DNA of 64,000 bases from the human T2T-CHM13v2.0 reference genome, Homo sapiens (GCF_009914755.1 NC_060926.1), one strand, 5' to 3'. Shown: positions 13,291 through 26,350, counted from the stretch's first letter. Translations and numbers: made by a program. Notes: generated from the sequence alone by a model not told the origin.

Positions 13291-16200
13291 TCACAAAATA
13301 TTGGGAAAATAAGCAGTAAGGAGATAGTGCCTGGAGATTTTTGGTTGGACTGGTTTTTTTTTTTTTTTCTTTTTAATGCCACTGTGAGGGTTTAGATGGA
13401 AAAAAAGGGTTCAGAGAAGTGCTGATCCTGAAATGAACCAACACTGACTGAAAAAGAAGAAATGGACATAATTAAGTCTCTTATGCAGGATAAAATTTTT
13501 CAGAAAACCCAGTGGCAAAATTATAAGAAATTTCTGCACATTTTCTATTACCCAACTTCTCATCAGTTTGTAAGGTTCTTAAGGGTGTAGCCAACATATA
13601 TTTTTCTCTGTACACTTGACCTGTGGTGACCATGCAATGACATTTCAATTAATCAAGTGCTCCTCCTCTTCTTCTATCGTATTCCTGAACCATGCAAATG
13701 GCCAAAAATCATGATCTTGTAACTGCATAGAGAATCTTCTTTTCGATGTCTTTCAGTGAATTTAAAATCTATTCTTCACTTTAAGGATCTTTTCTTTTGC
13801 TCTCTAAATGTTTTGGAGTCAAATGCATCTTCATTTCCTTTTTTGCATGTCCCTCTGACAGCTGATGCAAGCTGGCAGAAGATGAAAAGTATTTAAAGTG
13901 TGGCAGCAGGGCTCAGTTCACATAAAGCAATCATCTTCTCCTCCAACACAGTCTTGATCACTCTGAACTATGCTGGTTAAACAAGTCCAATCTCACTATA
14001 GTACCTCATACAGGATTTGAATTTTCCTTAGAGGGGGCATGCCCTCATTCATTTGTTTGCATGTTTGCATTTTCTGTGGCAAGCAAGGGTGAAAAAACCA
14101 ATGAAAGGTGACGGTCATCTCTAATGGAGAAATGCTGGTGTAGACTAACCTGAAATGTGCTGTTCCGGCATCAGGGCAAACCTAAGCATCCTTTATGGAA
14201 AAGGAAAACACCACACATAAGAAGCACTGCCATCCCTAAAATGTTCCTTAAATGCAGTGTGCCCTTTATGGGCACACTATATAAACTGGACCAAGAAATC
14301 CAAAGCACAATAAATCTTTTTGTTTCCTTCTTTAAATGACAGAAAGTTTCAGTAATGTTCTACCATCCAGGTTGACGAAAAAAAAGTCAAAGCAAAATGA
14401 GTTGAAAAGTGGCATGTACATTCAAAATTTAAATTTCTTTCCAGTTCAGCAATGTTAGATGTCATAGGTAACGCAGGGAATACTTATTTAAGTGGTTCAT
14501 ATACTCTTAAAAGGAATCAAGATTAAAATGAGGAGGTGCACATAATAGCATAAAAAGGAGCAAAATCTCAAGCTTTTTTCTAGGTGAAAGATTAGTCATT
14601 TAAGTCCTTTGAATCCAGAAAGCAAACAGCAACTGCTATATTTGCTTGCTTTACAAACATGCTTGTTAAAAATAGTTCTCTAGACATTTCTACTCTGTTA
14701 AATATCTAACATACACTTTTTTAAAAACCACCCTTTACTCATTAAAAATAAGGAACTTTGAGGTACATTTGATGTGATCAAACATGAGTGGACATATAAA
14801 CTCAGCTTTAAGTAGCATGACACATCCAGGCATTTAAAAATATGTTTAGAAATTTTAGTACACCTTATATTGAGGAGTTTTGTTTTTATCTTTGGTATTG
14901 TTAGTGCTGTTCTAGAGTAGGTTAGTATATTCTTTTATTATCAAACATAAAAACAAATGAGAAAACACTTTTGTTTCAAATTCTGATTTTTTTTCTTCCA
15001 CATTCTAGTCGTTACTGGTATTAGACACGTAGACATGTAGAAAGATAAGGGACAAGACACAGATAACGCAAATAAAAATTGAACAAAACACAGGAAGATG
15101 ACATTTACAATGCAGCTGACAAAGCCAGTCACTTCACTTTAAATAATGTGGCAGGCTGCAAAACTATAGTAATTACTAGAATTTCATTTTCATTAACTAA
15201 TAAACCAAGGAAAACAATTTAAGTATCTGAATGTCATTTTTCAAATGAAAATAAACTGTAAACATTTGAATAACATCACAGCAGGGATAATATACCTAAG
15301 GAAATCTATTGAAATATGTTAGTGGATTCATCCTCTTCTATCACATTAAAACTGCAATTGACTGTAAACCTCCTACCACTCTCCACTGAGACTTTAATTG
15401 TAAAGATTCCTGTTACATATCATATTAGAATTTAGTTAAAATTGTAGAACACATTATTTCCAATCAGACAGCCAACCATCACTCACAAAGATTTTTAAAA
15501 AGGTGATTAATAATTCATCTCAGATAAGGAAAAGATCTATATTTATACCATCTTCTCAGCCACCATAAACTACCTGACAATTGTTCAGTAATGATGCCCA
15601 GTAAATTCTTTAAAATGGTAATTTGTCATTCTGTCACTTCATTTGTGACCTAAAATTCCTCACTTGAGGCATCATCAAATAAATTAATCACTTTCCAGGA
15701 TCCATTTCTCTGTTCTGCACGTTATTATGCCGGGGCTCTCTTGTGTTTCTCTTCATTTACATATATTTAATGGCTGAGCCGTGGTTCACGATGGCACATA
15801 ACGCACACATCTCATTACAGGTGAAATATTCTAACTGCCACTATCACTGGGAAAGAAAATAACTCTCCCAATTTAATTTTCCTGATGTAAGAAAACCATG
15901 ATTCTTCACTATGAAATGTTGATGCCATCCATCAGTCACAATCAATAAAATCATCATAGAAGTACGCCTTCTTCAGCATCTTTCCTTCATACTGGTATTA
16001 TTTGAGGAAGGTAATTAAACTCATAATATGTAATGAATGTAAATGAAGTAAAAATCCTCATATTAGCTCTCTAACTATGCTTATATTACAGCGTTGATTT
16101 AAAATATTTTCCCCAACTTATAAATACATAAGACCCAAAAAAAGAGCTATCAGCTGTAAAGACAATATTCATCAATAAATAGAACTAATTTTTAAAGGAG

Positions 16201-18284
16201 CATTTTAAATGTAAAAGTACCAAGTATTAACTATTTATAGATTTTTCACTTAAAATGATACATTCTCTTTGGATTTGTATATTTCCAAGCTTTCTGAAAA
16301 TGTAGCTAGTACTTTGGATGTACATGTTATCATGTCACAAAATTAGTGATTTTTTTCAGTAACCTGGTCTACTTGATTCCCGCCATTTAAAGGCTGCAGG
16401 TACCATCTGTTCTCAAGTAAGAAATTTTCTTGTTGAACTGGCAATCTCGCCAATCTCTGCCTTAAAAAGCCTATGAAAATGTAGATCAAAGAAGCAGGAC
16501 ATTTTGCAAACAGTGGTTTGGGAATTAGCCCTTCAGAACTATTTCCACGTACTGTAAATATTCATCTCAAATTGCTATCGTATTATTTTTGTAAAGGTAA
16601 ATAGGGAGTGTTTTAAAGTAAACTAGTGTCACATAAACATCACCCTGACTCTAAGTATGTTACTACTTAATTTAACATTCATTAACTAGTTCTCCCCACA
16701 TACCTAGGAACATTAATTTCAGGGGAATGGTGCCTTATAGAAGTCCATTTGGAATGAGGATTCCCTTCATTATGAATTCATCATCAAAAGAATGGCGACT
16801 TTCTTTATCTTGGAAGTGGTCCCTGTTTGCCTGTTTAAAATAATGCTTGCAAGAGTGTCTAAAATACAAAGTGAAATATTAATTGTACATCTCTGTAACA
16901 AAGGAGAAAGTAAGTGAATACCACTGCTCCACAGATGAATGACCTAACTACAATATTGACAAACCATCTACACAGTACTATTTTCTTCCTCATTAATTAT
17001 CATATAGTTATTTTTAATGGGCATTTATTCAAGAAAAAAAAAGACTGCAAGTGCAGTTTGTATGTGTTTTCATTAACACAGCAGCAGTCTGTTGACCTAA
17101 AGCAACACACCAACACTCACAGACCTAGCTGGAAAATAGTGATTGACCACTTTCTGGAGTTTTTGAGGGACTGTCTAAGGTGCATCTGCATTTTGGAAAA
17201 TGCAATCAGTTCAGACTGAAGCAAGAACTGACAGCTTTCATGGGTGTTCCTATATGAGACTGGACTGTAGTCCCAGATGATCTTCTGGTATGGAATACAG
17301 CTCATTGAATCTTCAAGTACACATCAAAGTGACTTGGAATGGCTCATTGTGATGACGGTGATAGGGGATAGAAAATGAACTTCTACCATAATCTGACAAA
17401 ACAGATACAACTCATGTCCTATAGATAATATTATTAGGATACAGTGGTGTGGATTAGAAGACATAAGCTTGAAAAGTTTTTGGAAAATCTTATAAAAACT
17501 ATAGACAGATAATGCTAAATGTATTAAAACAGAGGCACTGGGCAGAATATATTAAATTGCTTTAAACAATAGGAAAAAGAGAGAAAAATGCTATTTACGA
17601 ATCATGAATAAACTCTATGCATTTTAGCAAATTTGGTGCTCTGAAAATTTAATGAACTAAAGTATATTTTAAGAATAGAAAAATGAAGGTGAATAAGGTT
17701 CATGGCATGAACAAAGGAAAGAGGAAAGATCCTTGCAAATACAAATGCCTATATTAATTATGTTAAATGTACCACAGAAACTTGTGATTGCCCACATTGT
17801 GGAATAATGCGCTTAACAAGACCACACCTTCAATGGGAATAGGAGACTTTTCTTTATTATTTAAATAATCATCTCCTTTTTGCAGAAGCATTCACTCCCC
17901 CAGTCATATTTATATTATAATTCTGCTAACAAAAGCTGTCCAAGCTGAGATCCTTTGATATTTTACTCATAGACACCTAGCCATTAACATGTGTACCATA
18001 ATAATAGCACTAGAAAATATTGTTACTACAATTGGTTGCCTCAAATATTGTTTTCTAAGATCACAGAAAATTTGAGTTAACAGTTAGTAAACAGTTGCTA
18101 AATTAATGCTGCTTGGGGACTTCCAAGTAAACTGAAGTTTCTATGGGGCTAATCTTAGTAAACCCAAGGTAGAAAGCTTAGTTTAGCCATCTGTCTATGG
18201 CCAAAGGTCAATGTTTATAGACTTAAATAACCAGTTTTGCCTGAGACAAAACACTGGCGAAAATCCGGATTACCCTAGAATGCA

Positions 18285-18460
18285 AAGCAGTGTACTGGGG
18301 CTCAACCAGGCTGTTTGAACCACTTGTTAACTATGTGACTTTGCATAAGTTACTTTTCCTCTTGAGAGTCTCTTTCTCCTGATCTGTAAAATGGGAACTA
18401 AAACAAAACAAAAACATAATTCATAGTGTGGCTATCAAAATAAATAAGCAAATGGATGAA
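18285..18460 (+). mobile_element. MIR
   Basis: ccacttgttaactatgtgactttgcataagttactt...ctgatctgtaaaatggg is the MIR core. Confidence 0.7.
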
Positions 18461-18516
18461 AGGGAGTTATAGAGCTTTAAATATTAGGCTAAATTACATT
18501 TCTTTTTCTTTGGTGG

Positions 18517-18862
18517 TGCATTAGTCTGCTAGGGCTGCCATAACAAATTACCCAGACTGGGTGGTTTAAACAACAGAAATGTATTTTCTCACAGTTCTGG
18601 AGGCTGAAAGTCCAAAATCGAGGTGTTGGCAAGTTTGGTTTCTCCTGAGGCCCTCCTCTCCTTGGCTAGCAGACAACCACCTTTATGTTCTATACTTATA
18701 CAAATTTTTCTCTGTAAGCTTTATTTTCCCGTGTCACTTTATTTTCTCATAAGGACACCAGTTATTGGATTAGGACCCTACCTTATGACCTTATTTAACC
18801 CTAGTTTTCTCTTTAAAGGCCCTATCTCCAAATACTCATATTGGGGTTAGACCTTTAACATC
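18517..18862 (-). mobile_element. MLT1A/B-type MaLR LTR
   Basis: ttagtctgctagggctgccataacaaattac...ctcacagttctggaggctg...ataaggacaccagttattggattagg. Confidence 0.85.
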
Positions 18863-18879
18863 ACTTAGGCATTTGAGGC

Positions 18880-19835
18880 AGATTAGACATCCTGTCCTTT
18901 TGCAGTTAGGTAGGAACTTGTGGCTAGTTTTGGCCAATTGGTCATGATTCTGTGCAACCATTTTAACTCTTTGTGTGAAGCTCTCCAACACTCTATTTTC
19001 CTGCCATAGTGATCTGATCTTGAGTTGAGATGAAGTTTCACACGACCTCATGAGGCAGCCCAGTCAGCTGGGTCTCTACATGGAGGAAAACTACCTGAGG
19101 TGACTCAAAACTGCAGCAGACTTTGCAGGCCCAAGAAATAAACCCTTATTTTGATAAACCACTGTAGAAGGCATGTCCTAAAGTGAACCCTGATGAGATG
19201 TGCCCTTATATCATCTATTCTCATTGAATGTAGGCAAAACCAACAATTTGCTCTTACCAAGAGAACATAGCAAAGGTAAGTGGATGGTCAACTCCTTGAA
19301 TAGGTTATGTCACATGGCAAAGATAATGGGATGTCATACCCATGACCGTATTATGCTGTTAGAACAGACTCTGTCTTACAGACTACAGGAGAAAGACTCT
19401 CTTGGTGCCCTTAGAAGCTGCTATGATATGAATTGCCCAAGGAAAAGGGCACACAGCAAGAAACTGTGAAAGGTCTCTAGGTCCTGAAGGCATCCCCTAG
19501 CCAATAGACAGCAAAAGAACTGGACTCTTAGTCTTAAAATTTTAAAGAACAGAATTCTACCAACAACTATGTGAACTTGGAAGAGGACCTCAATCTCTCG
19601 AAAGGAACACAGCCTGGTTAACTTCTTGTGTGTAGCTTTGTGCCATTCTGAGCAGAAAACTCTAGTAAATTGTGCTGAGACTTCTGATTCATTAACACTG
19701 TGAGATAACAAATGTATTTCACTTTGAGCTAATGAATTGGTAACAATTTGTGGGCTGTAGTAGAAATGTAATACAACTGCTGAGATTTGGAGGCTTTTTG
19801 CCTTTACAGAAAAGACCTGTCTTGACTGGCATTGG
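18880..19835 (+). mobile_element. Old MLT1 (I/J-type) LTR, interrupted by MLT1E
   Basis: gcagttaggtagg...agaaataaacc...taaaccac, resuming after the insert as tgagatttggagg. Confidence 0.65.
19163..19775 (+). mobile_element. MLT1E-type solo LTR
   Basis: TG...CA termini (tgtagaaggc...taataca); aattctaccaacaac...gaacttggaagaggac...acagcctgg. TSD accac/actgc. Confidence 0.85.
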
Positions 19836-20477
19836 AACAATTGGTTAAGGTGAAAGCAATAGGGGCTGGTTGCCAAAGCATTTGGATAGAGGGTGGGTTG
19901 AACAGTCACAACCAATGTGAGTACAGAAGATTGGACTGATACCACTCAGAAGCATGTCACACACATATCCTACCATTACTAGTCTCTCACTTGCATTTGT
20001 GTTTACTGGAAAATGTGAAGAGACATACTTCTTGAATTTCAAGATATCACAAAGTTTAGAGGGTTATCATAAAGATTGGATTTCAAAAATAAGATCTGAG
20101 GATACCTATAAGTATAAATCTAACAAATATCAATTAAAATGAGACAAAAAGTAGGCTCGTTTTTACCAAATCCTGCTCTAAACTTTAACAACTACAACTA
20201 CTTAATTTGCACACCATGAATTCAACTGCTCCTCTTACCTAATATAAGAGGAGTAAACCTGAAACAATCATCTTTCATTCTGGAATATTTGACACCACAT
20301 TTAATCTGATGTCATCCTCTTTCCTCTCTTTAGTATCTTCAACAAAAGACATGTATTAAAGACCATGCGGGCTTATACACAGAATAAATAACAGAACAAT
20401 CCCTGCATATGGGATGCTTTACATCTAAGATACTCCTTTGCACTCATTGAAAAGAAAAGATGGATATAGTTAAAATA

Positions 20478-20827
20478 CAGTAATGAGTTGCATAACGATG
20501 CTTTGGTCAACCATGGACCACGTATATATGACAGTGGTCCCATAGATTATAATATGGTAGTTTTTTACTGTAGGTTTTCTATGTTAGATATGTTTACATA
20601 AACAAATACTTATCACTGTGTTACAATTGCATAGAGTACTCACTACAGTAACATGATGTACAGATTTGTAGTCTAGAAGCAACAGGCTATACCATATAGT
20701 CTAGGAGTGCAGTAGGCTATACCATCTAGGTTTCTGTAAGTACACTCTAGGATGTTTGCGCAATGACAAAATCACCTAATGATGTATTTCTCAGAATGCA
20801 TCCCTGTCATTAAGGGACACATGACTG
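20478..20827. mobile_element. Tigger3a (MER7A)-type DNA transposon
   Basis: TIRs cagtaatgagttgcataacga and tcattaagggacacatgactg with TA on both flanks; about 350 bp. Confidence 0.9.
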
Positions 20828-22214
20828 TAGTGAAATACACAATTCTTAAGCATGCAAGGAACTAAATTCTCTAAAGCTTAGAAAAGGGCTGGCTGATGAA
20901 TCACAAAATGGGATCTTAAAGCATGACAAATTCAGAGTCTTTGTTTGCTTGTTTTTGTTTGGGGGTTGGAACACCAAACAAAACATCAGAGACAGCCCTG
21001 TTACTTCAAAAAGGCAACATCACAATAGAAATAATAAAGTGCAATATTTTCTCTACAGTATGTAGAACATCAACAAGTACATTAAGTAAATAATGTCTCT
21101 TATACACATTGCCATGGGAATCCATGATAAGAAAGCTCATGGTATCTGTTTGTGTATAAGCTTAATAATATTCTCTACTGTCCAATAGAATATAAACACA
21201 GACCTCATTGAAAGCATGGTACTGTCTCGTTTAATCTTTGATTTTTTGTTTTCGAATGATTTTATAATACCTCATTCAAAAATGCTAAAGTGGCTTCCTT
21301 TTTTTCCTCTTTTGACAATGGATTGCAATAGGTACACTGAGTTCTATATCAAGGACTCTAGGCTGTCTATATTGAAACATTTAAAAGGGAGAAGTTGTTT
21401 ATTGTGAATAATGCTGCTGTAATTCAGATGGGCAGTGGGTATGTGAACTTGAGCATTTTCAGTGAAACGATGCCCAGTAAATACACGAGCATTTTTTCAG
21501 CTCTGTATATTTTGCATAATTGGATGGAATGGAACTGACAAGTACAACTAACTAATTCCAAAGTTTCTCCTAATTAAGTCATTTTAGTTCTAGAGAGGAA
21601 AACTTAAACCCTGAAATGTGGTCTCCCTGTTTTTCTTGCTACACAATATAGTAAGGGTTTTTTTTTTCTTTTAAATTATTAACATCATCATTTGCTGTTT
21701 TGGTGTTCTGTGGTACTCAATTTCAATGACAACAATTAGTAGTAGATGTGCATTTGTTCCTCAATGCTGGGAATTGAATTTTTTTTATAAGCACATCCTG
21801 TTTTCAGTAATTGGATATACCACCAAGGAGTAAAACAAAAGATGAAACACCCTTCAAAGGAAGACAAATGGAATTAATATTCCAACCGGGTAATTACAAT
21901 CCACGAGCCTAAAAAACTCTTGTCCTTTCCTTTTCAGTACCAGATTATTGTGCAACATGGCTCTGCTCTGTTACACTTAAAGCCTACTTTCTTACACCAA
22001 ACACAAGAATGCTTTTCAAGTTTGGGTTAAAATAATTTATTTTAATGTTTAGAGGAATGAGTTCTTTGACTTTTTTGGAATTTTCTGGCAAAATACAGCA
22101 AAAGAACTAATTTTTCTCAGTGTTCTTGCTGCTCCTATCTTAATTTAAGGTTCAAATAATATGCATCCTTTACATGACACAATGTAACATGTAAGATTTA
22201 TTTTGCTGAATATA

Positions 22215-22530
22215 AGTGTGGAATTAATGTTAAGAATATGGACAGGAGTCATACGAACTTGGTTCAAATCTTAATAATGTCATTTGTTAGCAGCATGAAG
22301 CACAACCCTGGGAAAGTTACTTAAACATTCTTAGTTTTTGCCTATGCACAATAGTAATAGTTTTTATCTTATTGTACATAATAATAGTAGTTAACCTTTG
22401 TGAGCATTTAATATGCATCAATCACAGTTCTAAATCTTTACACATATATTGAGTCATTACATGAACCACTTGGAATAGTTTCTGGTATATTCCGAGCACT
22501 CAATAAGTGTTAGCAATAATAATGATAATT
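22215..22530 (+). mobile_element. MIR containing an opposite-orientation MIR tail (about 22380-22458)
   Basis: MIR 5' part and core on + (ttggttcaaatc...ccctgggaaagttacttaa), then an antisense tail, then a sense tail (gcactcaataagtgttagc). Confidence 0.65.
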
Positions 22531-23259
22531 ATTAGTATCAGTAGCAATCCTAATAATAGAAACAGATGTAGTAGAGTTCTTACCTCATTGTAATACCGTT
22601 TGTTGTTACAGATTACAAGCCAGGCTCTTAATCTAAAGGGTGTTTCAAAGGTTCTCTTTCAGTTCTGGTAAGAAATTCAGAGAATATGTTATGAATACAT
22701 ATCAAGGAGAATGAAAATTTCACATTAAATCCTTAATATTTTTAAACTGACTTAAAAATATACTATGTATTGGCACAAAGTAAGTTTCATATAGGTAAGT
22801 ATAGGAAAGCAATCTGGAGAAAACATAGATTGTAATGTCAGTTCTGAAAATTAATAGAGCCTTACTGAAATACTGAACACTTGTCAACTCTCACCTTTTC
22901 TATTAAAAATACAGCTTTTGTGATGATGGGGAGATGCTGGGTGTAGGAATAAAAATTGAAAATGTTAGGGTGCCCTTCTTCCCTATGAATATTACAACTG
23001 CTCTGTCTTTGGACCCAAAAGGCCTGACACCTCTTAAGTGGGAATAGAGTAAGAAGCAACATATCACATGCATACACCTTTGTGCATGCTCACAAGTGTA
23101 TCCACTGCACTCATGAGCACATTTTCTCCCTAGTTCACTCACTTATTCCCTGGAGAGAAAATTTACTGGAATAAATTTGTAATCTCATACATAACTCTCT
23201 TTTGAAACTGTTAAAGGGTATCAATAATTATAAGTTTTGCCATCTATTTTAAAGTTAAG

Positions 23260-24290
23260 TCAGCATTTTGTTGTTCTTTGATATTTTTAAATGTCAAATA
23301 AACACATGCTTCTTGTTAAAAAATAAATCAGTTCAGTAGGACGTAAAGTAAAAGAGCTAAATCCTCCATTCCACTCCTTTGAAGGAACCATTGCTGATGA
23401 TAGATTGGTTTACATTTTTGCAGGTATCTTCTAAACAAAAACAAATACATTCATACACACAGATTTTTCTACAAATTAAGAATATAAACACATCATTCTA
23501 TGACTTGCTTTTTTCTCGACAACATATGACTATCCTTTCATGACAGTGTTCATAGGTTTCTTTTAACAAATATTTGAGTACTCTACACACATTGTGAAAC
23601 AAAACAAAATCTGGAGCTTACATTAGATAGGGCGATCAAGAAAGTAGGAGGGGATATTTGAACAGAGGCTTGAATAAATATATGAGCATGCTGTCCCAGG
23701 AAATTGATTTATCATTAGGACATATAGATTCATTCCATATTTCTACTATTTCAAGGAACTGAGTGATCAGTCCTATGTCAAATGAATGCTGTGTACTTCT
23801 GAGTTTTTCCATCATAAAGATTTCTAAAAGTACAATAGATACACATTTAAAATGTTGACAACTATTTCCAAATTGTCCTCCAGTCTAGTTTTACTAAAGT
23901 ACCTCAATACCTGACACCAAGACTGTGTAAGTATTCTATTTTCCCAAAACCTTGCCAACCCTGTAGACTGTCACACTTTTTCATTGTTCTGTAAACTTAA
24001 TGGTGAGAAATGGCATTTCTACTTCCATTTCCCTGATTACCAGTGAGTTTACAGATCTTATCCTATATGTTATGACAATTATTATTGTTTTTTATCTTCA
24101 CTACCTGTTTATATATGTATTATTTTTTTCCTAAGGGATGTGTAAGAGCTCTTTTTATATCCAATTTCCCTTTTCCATCAGTGGGGTTGAAAACAATTAC
24201 CCAGTTTAATATTGATCTTTTGACTTTGCTTATGCTGCTTTTCTTAACAATTTTAGAAGTTTTATATAGTCAAAAATTACTAGTTTTCCA
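23260..24290 (-). mobile_element. Old L1ME 3' fragments with a small L2 piece (about 23560-23700)
   Basis: tgacttgcttttttctcgacaac, ccaaattgtcctcc and ggtgagaaatggcatt are antisense L1ME phrases. Confidence 0.55.
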
Positions 24291-24363
24291 AGATCTATTC
24301 ATCACTGAGTACCTACACTCTTTCCTAGGAGGCAAAGATATAGGATTAAAAACAATGTTTACA

Positions 24364-24699
24364 GGCCAGAAGCAGTGGCTCACACCTGTAGTTCCAACAT
24401 TTGGGGAAGCCAAGGCAGGCGGACCACTTGAGCCCTAGAGTCTGAGACCAGCCTGAGTAACATGGCAAAACTCCATCTCTCCAAAAATTATCCCAGTGTG
24501 GTGGTGTGCACCTGTAGTCCCAGGTACTCAGGAGGCTGAAATGGGAGAATCACTTGAGCCAGAGAGGTCGAGGCTGCAGTGAGCTGTGTTTGTACCACTG
24601 CACTCCAACCTAAGAGACAGAGAAAGACCCCGTCAACAGAATGAGACCCTGTCTCAATTAAATATATATATATATATAGACATAGGAATATATATATAT
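24364..24699 (+). mobile_element. AluJ with duplicated 3' end and (TA)n-degenerate tail
   Basis: AluJ diagnostics cacttgagccc and gaggtcgaggctgcagtgagc. Two successive 3' termini at 24611-24655. Confidence 0.9.
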
Positions 24700-25130
24700 G
24701 ATTCTTATGTCATGCAAAGTATGAGGATAAGCAAGAGAGAGAGTAAAAAGGTGTTAGGGGGAGGGGGCTACTCCTTTATATAAAGCAATCAAGAAAGGCC
24801 TCTCTGAGAGGATGATATTTAATAAGACTCTAAAAGAAAGTAAGGAAGTGAACCACATAGGGGAACAACAGATGAAGCAGGATCCTACTAAGTGCATGTG
24901 AAGAATGGCAAAGAGGCCAAAGGCTGAGGGGATCCATGAGTGCTAGGCTGTGATGCAAGAAGCCACCGGAAGATTTCGAGCAAAGGGGTGACATTATCTG
25001 ACTTACATTACAAAGGATCATTCAGGCTGCACCACAAGGAATAGACTATAGGACATGAGAATGAAAGCTAAGTAGAGAGAACATTTATCAGGAAATTGCA
25101 ATAGCCCAGGTAAGAGATGTTGAGAGCTTC
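24700..25130 (-). mobile_element. L2a-type fragment (begins about 24295, split by the Alu)
   Basis: aggcctctctgagaggatgatattt, gagcaaaggggtgacattatctgactt...aaaggatcattcaggctg and ccaggtaagagatg. Confidence 0.8.
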
Positions 25131-25182
25131 TAGGCATTTGGACACACTTATAAAAAATGTACTTTCATTAAACGTACAAAGA

Positions 25183-25482
25183 CAACCAAGCATGGTGGCT
25201 GACACCTGTAATCTTAGCATTTTGGGACCCAGAGGCAGAATTATCACTTGAGCTTCAGGAGTTCAAGTCCAGCCTGGGCAACACAGTGAGACTTTATCTC
25301 TACAAAAAATTTAAAATGATTTGTTGAGTATGGTGACACGTGCCTATAATCCCAGCTACTCAGGAGGCTGAAGTGGGGGGATCACTTGAGTCTGGGAGGT
25401 CAAGGCTGCAGTGAGCTGTGTTTGCACCACTGCCCTCCAGCCTAAGAGACAGAGAAAAACCCCGTCAAAAAAAAAAAAAAAA
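25183..25482 (+). mobile_element. AluJ
   Basis: Dimeric Alu with AluJ diagnostics (ccagcctgggcaacacagtgagac, gaggtcaaggctgcagtgagc) and poly-A. Confidence 0.9.
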
Positions 25483-25765
25483 GAGTAAAAAGACAGTATT
25501 TACAAATATTTTCAATTTAATTTAGGTAACTTATTTTAAAGTAAAAGGTAAAATAACATTTCAGTGCCTTTTTCCCACATTTACCTATGTTAGGATTGAA
25601 TGTTATACACTTAGATCTTTTATCCACTGAGAACCTATTTTGTAAGGGACAAATTGAACATCAAATTTTAAGGGTTTTTCTCACAAAATGCTTTTATTAT
25701 AACAATCATTTATTTAAAAATTTATCTCTTCCCCACTGGTGTGAGAACTTTTATTTCTATATGTA

Positions 25766-26350
25766 CAGTCCTTCATCACTTAACAATGGGGATATGTTCT
25801 ACAAAATACATTATTAGACAATTTCGTCACTGAGCGAACATGCTAGAGTGCATTATACAAACCTAGATGGTATAGCCTACACCTAGGCTACATGGCATAG
25901 CCTGTTGTTGTTAAGCTACAGACCTGTGAAGCATATTACTGCACTAAATACTGTAGGCAATTTTAACAAATAGTAAGCATTTGTGTATCTAAGCATTTTT
26001 AAGCATACGAAAAGTACACAAAATACAGTATACAAGATTTTAAAAATGGTATACCTGTATAAGGCACTTACCATAAATGGAGCCTGCAGGAATCTGGCTG
26101 AGTCAGTGAATGAATGGTGATTGAATGTGAAGGCCTAGAATATTACTGAACACTACTGTAGACTTCATAAACACTGTATATTTAGGCTACACTAAATTTA
26201 TTTAAAAATAAAGTAATTGAACTATAACATTATGATGACTACACCATCACTAGGAGATAGAAAATTGTCAGCTCCTTTACCTTCTTACAGGATCACCACA
26301 TTATATGCAATCTATCATTGACCAAAACATCTTTATGCACTGCCTGAGTG
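25766..26350. mobile_element. Tigger3b/c (MER7)-type DNA transposon, opposite orientation to the copy at 20478
   Basis: TIRs cagtccttcatcacttaac and tttatgcactgcctgagtg with TA flanks; acaaacctagatggtatagcctac. Confidence 0.88.

Noticed and set aside
19421-19945. 174-aa minus-strand ORF
   Set aside because: Antisense frame through MLT1 LTR sequence, with no protein-family signature.
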